Shown here: piece by piece, positions 54,750 to 64,000 of the stretch
Position numbering within the stretch: the stretch's first letter is position 1
How the letters are laid out: each line of letters opens with the position of its first letter
DNA from: Octopus sinensis
Lineage: Eukaryota
Direction of reading: 5' to 3'
NCBI RefSeq assembly: GCF_006345805.1
Contig: NC_043008.1
Coordinates: 70,308,001 to 70,372,000, forward strand
DNA: 64,000 bases
The notes under the pieces: generated by a model
The model's database searches: none
What the model was told of the DNA's origin: nothing
Seen by the model: only the letters and a program-made list of their open reading frames with translations
Made by a program: the position numbers and the translations under genes

Positions 54750-55560
54750 TCAAGATGATTACCATATCTTTCAGTATACAAATCAATGTAATATTTAAAG
54801 ATGTAGTGTAACCATTCAAGCTACATCAGTGTCTTTCCAAATTATGCTGCATTTCACATGGGAGTTTTGGTCCTCCAAAGTCATCTTGTCATTATAATAG
54901 CATTGATCTACTTGTATCTGTTGGAAACATTGGTCTTAAAAATTGGATCTATATAAAGGGAAAATATGGTATTTGCTCTCTATTAAGGAATTTTAATTCA
55001 ACATCATTAGCTTCTGTAACAGTTCTTATTTCTACCTCTTTTCAAGTTCATTAACTATTTTAATTACTTTGTTGGTTTTGTGGTCACAAACTTGTACAAG
55101 ATAGTTATTGGTCCCTTTCCCCTGATGCAGTTAGTTTCAATGTCACAATCTGTGTTTCATATGATATCAATAAAGATTTAAAACCACAGCCAGTATCCTT
55201 GCATGGGAAGTATAGCCTGTCTGCATCTACGTTGATGTTGAAGTTTCCTATGACACTGAGTAGCTTGCAAGAACAAAAGTCTATCTCAGTGAGTTCTTGT
55301 AGAGACCAACTCAGAAGGCCAAAGTTGTTCTTGAGATGATAGTTCAAACTGGTTGCTAACAAAGGGATAAAACTTTTTGAGTTAAGAAACTTCTTGAGGA
55401 CTCACTTGTCACATCAAAAGCAATTGTTGGTGTGAAAAGTTAGATGTGGCATGGTTCGGATGAGATTCCATGAAGCAATATTCCACAGCTTCTTGCCATT
55501 TTTGGTACCAAAACTGAATAGTTTGTTCAAGCGTGGTATTTGTTTAGCAGTTCTTTGCAT
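54750..55560 (-). mobile_element. R4/Dong-like LINE ORF fragment
   Basis: FGLLSWSLQELTEIDFCSCKLLSVIGNFNINVDADRLYFPCKDTGCGFKS resembles W...EL..ID...RKLL...G.F....DVDRLY..R..GGRGL. Confidence 0.75.
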
Positions 55561-55849
55561 ATCAAACTGCCAAACACCAGACTTTTGCTAATTTAATGAT
55601 ACTGAACCATAGACTAGCACTTCTGCATTATAACAAACTGACTAGCAGCAGATCATTGCTAATTTGATAATACTAGGCTGTCACTAGCAAGTTGCTAATT
55701 TAATAATGCCAGGGCTGAAACTAAATAGCACCAGACCAGTGCTAATTTTATAAATACCTGGTGAAAATCAACTAAATATCATCATATCACAGCTAATTCA
55801 ATATCGCCAGCCTATACATATATATATACATTTTTCTTTTATTTTTTTC

Positions 55850-56074
55850 TTATACTTGTTTCAGCTATTTGACTAAGACCATGCTGGAGCACCGCCTTTA
55901 GTCAATCAAATCAAACTTAGGACTTTTTCTTTCTAAGCTGAGTACTTACTCTATCAGTATCTTCTGCCGAACCGCTGTTATGGGGATCTGGACGCACCAA
56001 CATCAATTGTCAAGTGATGGCAGGGGAACAAACACAGACACAAAAACATAACACACACACACACACACACACAC

Positions 56075-56135
<61 letters not shown>

Positions 56136-56375
56136 ATAATAATCTTAAATCTGATTTCCTTGTAAATTTGGATTTATTCCTAATATTTATTATTATATAT
56201 ATATATATATATATGTAAGTATGATGGGCCATTTTCAGTTTCCGTCTATCAAATCTACTCACAAGGTCTAGGCTATTGTAGAAGACATCTGCCCAAGGTG
56301 TCATGCAGTGGGACTGAACCTGGAACGATATGGTTGGTAAGCAAGCTAACTACCACACAGCCACTCCTACGCCTA
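55850..56375 (-). mobile_element. SINE family A with an expanded internal microsatellite
   Basis: Tail at 55850-56040, CA/TA/AAT interior, head at 56210-56375. Confidence 0.8.
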
Positions 56376-56457
56376 TATATATATATATATATATGTATAT
56401 ATCCATTATATTGTATATGCATATATAGCATGGAAAACGGATGTTAAACGATGATGA

Positions 56458-56501
<44 letters not shown>

Positions 56502-56519
56502 TATATATATATATATATA

Positions 56520-57010
56520 TTATATATATATGCTTATTATATGTATTATATATATATATATACATATATATATATAATATATATATTATAATATATATGC
56601 TATTATATGTATTATATATATATATACATATATATATATAATAATATATATATATATATATGCTTATTATATGTATTATATATAATATACATATTATATA
56701 TAATATATATATGCTTATTATATGTATTATATATATACATATTATATAATATATATAATATATATATTATATTATATGCTTATTATATGTATTATATATA
56801 TATATATACATATTATATATATATATATATTATATATATATGCTTATTATATGTATTATATATATATATATATATATATACATATTATATATAATATTAT
56901 ATTATATATATATATATGCTTATATGCATTATATATATATATATATACATATTATATAATATATATATTATATATATATGCTTATTATATGTTTATATAT
57001 ATATATATAC

Positions 57011-57058
<48 letters not shown>

Positions 57059-57062
57059 TATA
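56520..57062. repeat. TA-derived minisatellite (about 45-60 bp units containing tgcttattatatgtattata...catattata)
   Basis: About 10 recognisable units. Confidence 0.8.
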
Positions 57063-57066
57063 TAAC

Positions 57067-57341
57067 TTAGTTAGTTAGTTAGTTAGTTAGTTAATTTGGC
57101 TCAAAAGCAAATAGCAAGGCCATGTAGGGGGACATGGAGTTAAGTACAGGGTGGTGTTCATGTAAAGAGTTAAGGCCACTTGAGGTCCAGGGAGGCTTTG
57201 AACAAAGCGGTCGTCGGCATCTTCACCATCTCGTCTGGCAGCTTGTTCCACGGATCCGCAGCGCGGACGGAGAAAGCTCCTCTCCTTCGATTGAGATGAA
57301 ATCGTCGCAGGTAGAGCTTTTCGGAATGACCCCGCAGCCGG
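57067..57341 (-). mobile_element. Young CR1-group LINE 3' fragment (family B) with (TAAC)n tail
   Basis: GHSEKLYLRRFHLNRRRGAFSVRAADPWNKLPDEMVKMPTTALFKASLD; CpG-rich. Confidence 0.8.
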
Positions 57342-58508
57342 GGTTTTGGCCAGTATTGGCCCAGGCCATGTCTAACTTAATAGCACTACCTGGCGAAGTC
57401 TTTCAATTCAGGATTTTGGCACCGAGGCCCATTCGAGCAGAGAGTTATTGTTTGCGGAGACATATCTGGGTGTGGGTGGTTTGTCCGGGACTGTTTGAAG
57501 GAATTTGTCCAAAGACTTCTTGAATTTTGTGTGGTCAGTTTCTGTTTTGACGTGTCCTGGTGTAATGTTGAAGAGAGCGGGTCCAATTGAGGTGAAATAA
57601 TTGTGCCGTATTGTCGTTATGTGATGTGATTTAGATTTTTGTTGTGGACGGATGGCACGTGGTTCAAGCCTTGGATGTATTTTGAAGGTGATGCCAACAT
57701 CATTCGGACAGTGCTGATGGAATATTTTCCACATCATACAGATAATGTAGCGTTCACGGCATTGTTGGAGTGAATACAGTTTCAGTTTCTCTAGTCTACC
57801 CCAGTAGTCAAGGTCTGACATGCCATCTATCATTTTTGTGATTGACCTTTGAGGAGCTTCAATTCTCATAATATTTTGTTTTGTGTAGGGAGACCACAGT
57901 GGACTGCAGTATTCAAGGTGGGATCGGGCAAAAGTGGAGAAGAGAAGGATAATGGTGTGGAAATCTTTCGACTGGAAGGTTCTGAGAATCCAGGAACACA
58001 TTCTGCGGGCCATGTCGACTTTGCTGCTTATATGTGTAGCCCAGCTTATGTTGTTGTCCATTGTTACTCTCAAGTCTCTGATGTTGTTAGACGCCATGAG
58101 AATTTCTCCAGAAGGAAGGGAGTATGGGAGTTTCAGAGCGTCCTCCCTTCCAAAGTGGATCAGTTCGAATTTGTCTTCGTTTAGCAACATGTTGTTCTTT
58201 TCCGCCCATTGGACAACAGCCAGTAGGTCTGACTGAAGGCTTTTTCAGTCATCCACGCCATTGATGACCTTCTGGAGCTTGGAATCATCAGCGGAGGTTC
58301 TGATGTTACTGTGTTTGATGGTGTCAGTAATATCATTAATGTAGATGATGAAGAGAAGTGGGCCCAACACAGTGCCTTGTGGGACACCACTGCTGACTTT
58401 GGCTGGGCTGGATTTGACTCCTTTGACTGCAACATGTTGGGTTCTGTTAGACAGGAAGCACTTGATCCACTACAGCAGCTTTCCAGCGACACCAATATTG
58501 GACAGCTT
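57342..58508 (-). mobile_element. 5'-truncated CR1-group LINE (family A), RT C-terminal half
   Basis: SGVPQGTVLGPLLFIIYIND, SADDSKL, RSHLEYCSPLWSP, ORF2 end at 57408; two in-frame stops upstream of 58190. Confidence 0.92.
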
Positions 58509-58900
58509 TCTCATAAATATTATATATCTAATAGATATATATAATAAATTATATATACATATTATTTATATAATACATAAATATTATATATGTAATAGAT
58601 ATATATAATATATTATATATACATATTATATATATAATATATAAATATTATATATCTTCTATATACATAAATAATATATATATATATGTTTTTGTGTACA
58701 TATATATGTATATATACAGATATGTATATATATATAAAGGTGAGAAAGTTGGTGTGTGAAAGCACGTGGTTGAATATATAGAAAATAGTAAAAAGTGAAA
58801 AAACTACAGAAAGCTTGTTTTAAAAGGTTAAAAAATATATATATGAGTCAATATGTCTCAAAGATGTTATAAATTTTTTTCTTACAATGACATAGTTTAG

Positions 58901-58940
58901 AAGAAATGACCGGTTTCGCGTTCAGCTTTTCAAATTTCTT
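58901..58940 (-). ncRNA. 40-nt minimal hammerhead, U3-A8 core variant
   Basis: aagaaat-TTGAAAA-gc[tgaac]gc-GAA-ACCGGT-C-atttctt. Confidence 0.75.
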
Positions 58941-59332
58941 ACATCGTTATGTTTACGTTGAGAAGAGTTATCGTTATGTTTATGTTGAGAAGAGTTCCAG
59001 ATAAGGGGAGGTAATAAGTGATTTCTTCCGGTGTAAGGGAGATAATCACTTAAAATTTCTTGCCTTTCTTTTGGAGTGAATTTCTCTGTGTAAGTATGTT
59101 GGAATGGTTAAGTTTGGGCTTGTATTTTTCAATGAAGAATGTTTCCTTGTTTAGTCTAATTTGTGTTGGTGTTCCGATTGCACATTGGTAAAATGGAAAG
59201 ATTAAAAATTGTGGTAGTAGTTGCTTTGCGCATTTCTCAATGTGCTCACTAAAGCGTATTACCTCCCCTTATCTGGAACACTTCTCAACATAAACATAAC
59301 GATAACTCATCTCAACGTAAACATAACGATGT

Positions 59333-59372
59333 AAGAAATTTGAAAAGCTGAACGCGAAACCGGTCATTTCTT
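59333..59372 (+). ncRNA. Identical 40-nt minimal hammerhead in the inverted pLTR copy
   Basis: Same sequence as 58901-58940, on the + strand. Confidence 0.75.
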
Positions 59373-59491
59373 CAAAAACTATGTCATTGTAGGAAAAAAA
59401 ATTTATAACATCCTTCAGACATATTGACTCAAATATATATTTTTTAACCTTTTAAAACAAGCCTTCTGTAGTTTTTTCACTTTTTACTATT

Positions 59492-59529
<38 letters not shown>

Positions 59530-59754
59530 CTAGGAGCACTCCGTTGGTCATGACAATGAGGGTCGCAGCTGATACAATCAACGGAACAGCTTGCTCATGA
59601 AAATTAACTTGCAAGAGGCTGAGCACTCCACAGACATGTGTACTCTTAACATAGTTCTCAGTGATTTTCAGTGTGAGATAGGCACTACTCACTTTTGTTA
59701 GATGAGTGGACTGGAGCAATGTGAAATAAAGTGTCTTGCTCAAGGACACAGTAT

Positions 59755-60440
59755 AAATCATCATCATTATCATTTCACGTCCATTTTCCATACTGGCATG
59801 AGTTGGACAGTTTAACTGAGGACCGACAAGCCAGAAGGTTGCACAATGTTCCAGTCTGATCTGGCAAAGTTTCTACAGCTAGATGCCCTTCCTAATGACA
59901 ACCACTCCGAGAGTGTAGTGGGTGCTTTTTACGTGCCACTGGCATGAGGGCACCGACCATGCCTGAATGGTTCATTTTAAATGCCACCAGCATGGGAACC
60001 AGTTTGGTGGCACTGGCAATGACCCCATTCAAATGGTGCCTTTTATGTGCCACTGGCACAAGAGCCAGCCAGGCAGCAGTGGCAATGCCCCTGCTCGAAT
60101 GGTGCTCCTTATGTGCCACCGGCATGGCACCAATTATGTTGCACTGGCATCGGCTACACTCGAATGGTGCTTTTTATATGCCACCAGCATGGGTGCCAGT
60201 CAGGTGGTACTAGCATCAGCCATGACAATGACTTCACCTGACTCAACAGGTCTTCTTAGGTTTATCACTTTGACAGGTTCCATCTACCGCTAGGGTGTGA
60301 CAATTTTTCGCACAGCTATCCCCAAACATATGCAACACATGGCCATACCAGTGCAGTCGTCTCTCTTGCACAGCACATCTGATGCTTCTTATGTCCAACT
60401 TCTCTCTCAGGAAGCTTACACTCTGTCGTGTGCACACACT
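59755..60440 (-). mobile_element. 5'-truncated RTE LINE with about five 50-65 bp repeats in its 3' UTR
   Basis: LREKLDIRSIRCAVQERRLHWYGHVLHM...KPKKT; tandem ggtgcttttatgtgccac...ctcgaat units. Confidence 0.8.
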
Positions 60441-60526
60441 ATATTCATAATATATATATACATTTATAATACATACATATATCTATATGTATATATATGT
60501 ATGTATGTGTATATATATATATATAT

Positions 60527-61421
60527 ATAACTTAGAATAACTTAGAAAGGTTTTGGCCAGTATTGGTCCAAGCCATGTCTAACTTAATAGCACCACCTGG
60601 TGAAGTTTTTCAGTTCAGGATTTGGGCACCAAGGCCCATTCGAGCAGAGAGTTATTGTTTGTGGATACATATCCGGGTGTGGGTGGTTTGTCCGGTACTG
60701 TTTGAAGGAATTTGTCCAAAGACTTCTTGAATTTTGTGTGGTCAGTTTCTTTTTTGACGTGTCCTGGTGTAATGTTGAAGAGAGCAGGTCCAATTGAGGT
60801 GAAATAGTTGTGCCGTATTGTCGTTATGTGATGCGATTTAGATTTTTGTTGTGGACGGATGGCACGTGGTCCAAGCCTTGGATGCATTTTGAAGGTGATG
60901 CCAACATCATTCGGACAGTGCTGGTGGAATATTTTCCACATCATACAGATAATGTAGCGTTCACGGCGTCGTTGAAGTGAATACAATTTCAGCTTCTCTA
61001 GTCTACTCCAGTAGTCAAGGTCTGACATGCCATCTATCTTTTTTGTGATTGACCTTTGGGGAGCTTCAATTCTCATAATATTTTGTTTTGTGTAGGGAGA
61101 CCACAGTGGACAGCAGTATTCAAGGTGGGGTCGGGCAAAAGTGGAGAAGAGAAGGATAATAGCGTGGGAATCTCTCGACTGGAAGGTTCTGAGAATCCAG
61201 GAACACATTCTGCGGGCCATGTCAACTTTGCTGCTTATATGTGTAGCCCAGCTTATGTTGTTGTCCACTGTTACTCCCAGGTCTCTGATGTTGTTGGATG
61301 CCATGAGAATTTCTCCAGAAGGAAGAGAGTATGGGAGTTTCAGAGCGTCCTCCCTTCCAAAGTGGATCAGTTCAAATTTGTCTTCATTTAGCAACATGTT
61401 ATTCTTTTCCGCCCATTGGAC
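60527..61421 (-). mobile_element. Second CR1 family A copy with its native (ttctaagtta)n tail
   Basis: Closely similar to 57342-58212; the frame from WAEKNNMLL to EWALVPKS is open. Confidence 0.92.
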
Positions 61422-61498
61422 ATATGTATGTATGTGTATATATATATGTATGTATGTGTATATATATATGTATGTATGTGTATATATATATATGTGTG

Positions 61499-61529
<31 letters not shown>

Positions 61530-61941
61530 ATGTACGTATGTGCATATATATATATATTTGTATATATGCATAATATATATATATATGTACATATGTGTAT
61601 ATATATATATATATACATATATGTATAATATATGTGTGTGGGTATTGGGATGTGCACATGAGTGTGTGTGGATTTGTATAGGTGTACATGTATGGTTGCA
61701 TATATATATGTGCATTTTTTGGTGTATGTGTGGGTGTGCATGTGTGTGTTTCATGTGAGTATGAGTGAGCATATGAATATAAGCACATGTATGTGAGTGT
61801 GCATGCATGTATGTGTATGTATATACATGTGTGCATATATGATTGCTATGAGCATTTTTACTCCTTTACTTTTTACTTCTTCCCCTGTCAGTTTATTTTC
61901 TTCTTTAAACGGTCATTTTCATAGCATATTTTCATTGCCTC

Positions 61942-62023
61942 GATAACTGAAGAGATGCCAATGTAGGTTTCTCCCCGACATCCAAAACTTGGAGTTTTAT
62001 TATGGCAACTGAATAATTGTCAC

Positions 62024-62025
<2 letters not shown>
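61942..62025 (+). mobile_element. Decayed hammerhead/pLTR relic, same family as 62898-63008
   Basis: gataa-CTGAAGA-gatg..catcc-AAAAC-ttgga-GT-T-ttatt. Confidence 0.55.
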
Positions 62026-62063
<38 letters not shown>

Positions 62064-62066
62064 CAC

Positions 62067-62100
<34 letters not shown>

Positions 62101-62337
62101 ATACATATATATATACACACAAAGGAGTGGTTTTGCAATTAGTAGCTTGGTTACCAACCGCATGGTTCTGGGTTCAGTCTCACTGTGTGGCACCTTGAGC
62201 AAGTGTGTGTGTGCGTATAAATATATATGTATATATATATATGTATAAATAAATATATATATATATATATATAAATATGTATGTATAAATATATATGTAT
62301 ATATATAAATATAAATATATGTATAAATATATATGTA

Positions 62338-62369
<32 letters not shown>

Positions 62370-62382
<13 letters not shown>

Positions 62383-62729
62383 GGCAAAATGTCTGTGTGT
62401 GTGTCCTTTATACAAATCCACAATTTTTCAGTTAGAGGGCTCGCATTTTCTATGGTCATTCAAAACTATCCAAGGGTGGTCGTGTACGTCTTTACATTTC
62501 CTCAGTCACCCACCAAGGTCATTGAAAAATCAATAGAAATGACTTTTTTGTGAATTTTCTATCCAAAACCAAATCAAAATGCCTGAAACTTGATACGCCT
62601 ATCGAATGCCAGCTAGCTGTATGTGATTGGTCAGAGATTTGGATAGTACTCGTGTGTATGTGTGCATGTACGCAGCTGTATATGCATGCACTATCATTAT
62701 GAGCCGGCAACATCGGGTCATAGTGCTGG
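62370..62729 (+). mobile_element. Non-autonomous Helitron
   Basis: tatataaatggcaaaatgtctgtgtg 5' region; 3' gccggcaacatcggg hairpin followed by CTGG|T. Confidence 0.7.
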
Positions 62730-62755
62730 TATATGTATAAATATATATGTATATA

Positions 62756-62803
<48 letters not shown>

Positions 62804-62897
62804 CATACACATATGAGTATGAATATATATATACATATAGATCGATGCATATAATTATATATATCGAGATATATATATATATATATCTGTAAATATA

Positions 62898-63008
62898 ATA
62901 TGTGACAATTATTCGGTAGCCAAGATAAAGCTCTGAGTTTCGGATGCCGATGTGGAAATCCACACCACCATCTCTTCAGTTCTTGGCTACTGAATAATTG
63001 TCACATAT
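62898..63008 (-). mobile_element. 111-bp foldback whose interior is a hammerhead motif
   Basis: 28-bp inverted ends; minus strand gccaagaa-CTGAAGA-gatg[..]catcc-GAAAC-tcaga-GC-T-ttatcttggc. Confidence 0.65.
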
Positions 63009-63083
63009 CATTTTTACAGATAAATTCCTCTATTTACATAATATTGAGGTCTCCTTTTTTTGTTATCTTACCGTTTTTACCAA

Positions 63084-63114
<31 letters not shown>

Positions 63115-63123
63115 CATATATAT

Positions 63124-63411
63124 ACAATTGCAGCATGGAGGGCGTTTGTAAGCCATTTAAGAAAGAGACAAAAACCGTTTGATTCACTTCAACATTTAAA
63201 TTTTATTTTGTCAAAATTTTTTTTCAGTAAACAAGTCGCGGTCTCAAAGTGACAAAAATATTTTGACAAAATAAAATTTAAATGTTGAAGTGAATCTAAC
63301 AGTTGTTGCATGTTTCTTAAATGGCTTACAAACACCTTCCATGCTGCAATTGTTTTCGTTCCAGCACACGATCTCAGATCAAGTCACTTGCTATGCAAAT
63401 ACATCTCCGTA
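63124..63411. mobile_element. Foldback DNA element (about 98-bp arms), left end truncated
   Basis: 63124-63222 pairs with 63254-63353; the right end acatctccg|ta suggests a TA-flanked TIR element. Confidence 0.75.
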
Positions 63412-64000
63412 AGATATATATTTATATATATATATACATATATACATATATATAATATTTATATATATATTGATAGACAGATACATACATACGTAACATC
63501 TATATATATTTATATTTATACATAGATACATACATATATATGTATATATGTGTGTATATATGTATATATATATTTATATATCTATATATATATTTATATA
63601 TATATAATATATATATATATATATTATATATATATACATACATATTTATATATATTATATATATATATAATATAGATCCATATATATTTACAATAGATAT
63701 ATTATATACATATACTCACATATACTGAGTAGATCCTCTTGAATAATTATATTATATCCATATATATATATATTATATATATATAATATATATATCTATA
63801 TATCTACATATATACATATATATATACAATCTATACATAATATATAAATATATAATATAGTAATATATAAGATATATACATATATATATACATATATCTA
63901 TATAATATACTAATATCATACATATATATATATATATATATATATTGATATATATACATATATACATAAATATATATATATATGTATATATATATATCCC

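Larger units (their letters stand above)
58775..59500 (-). mobile_element. 5'-truncated Penelope-like element: GIY-YIG-region C-terminus, pLTR and inverted pLTR copy
   Basis: Arms 58775-59016 and 59257-59500. Minus-strand 59258-59050 reads IRFSEHIEKCAKQLLPQFLIFPFYQC...IRLNKETFFIEKYKPKLN. Confidence 0.85.

Noticed and set aside
60615-61808. 397-aa ORF, the longest in the track
   Set aside because: The N-terminal third is translated CA/TA microsatellite and the rest is CR1 ORF2; it is not a host gene.

Overview
Eukaryotic, AT-rich, microsatellite-saturated DNA. The SINE/LINE families and (TA)n/(CA)n/(AAT)n density suggest a coleoid cephalopod (Octopus-like); this is inference, not proven. No complete protein gene is visible, and most of the ORF track is microsatellite artefact. 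The window is a transposon graveyard: tRNA-derived SINEs, CR1-, RTE- and R4/Dong-type LINE fragments, a full-length decayed mariner, a deleted Tc1, hAT-like MITEs, four Helitron pieces and Penelope-like (PLE) remnants. A few candidate exons (5.7 kb +; 17.7 and 28.8 kb -) may belong to long-intron genes. Main hunt result: at least five sequence-distinct families of minimal type I hammerhead-ribozyme motifs, each with a palindromic stem III (ACTTCGAAGT, ACGT, ACAGCTGT, ACCGGT, ACTCNGAGT), mostly in PLE-style inverted repeats. They include a 40-nt U3-A8 covariant core present twice at 58.9/59.35 kb, and a tRNA-headed (Pol III-type) element carrying a hammerhead at 23.6-24.0 kb, a candidate Penelope-mobilised ribozyme SINE. 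Also notable: an RTE ORF2 ending in three C2H2 fingers, a two-family CR1 fusion and an inverted/duplicated Helitron.
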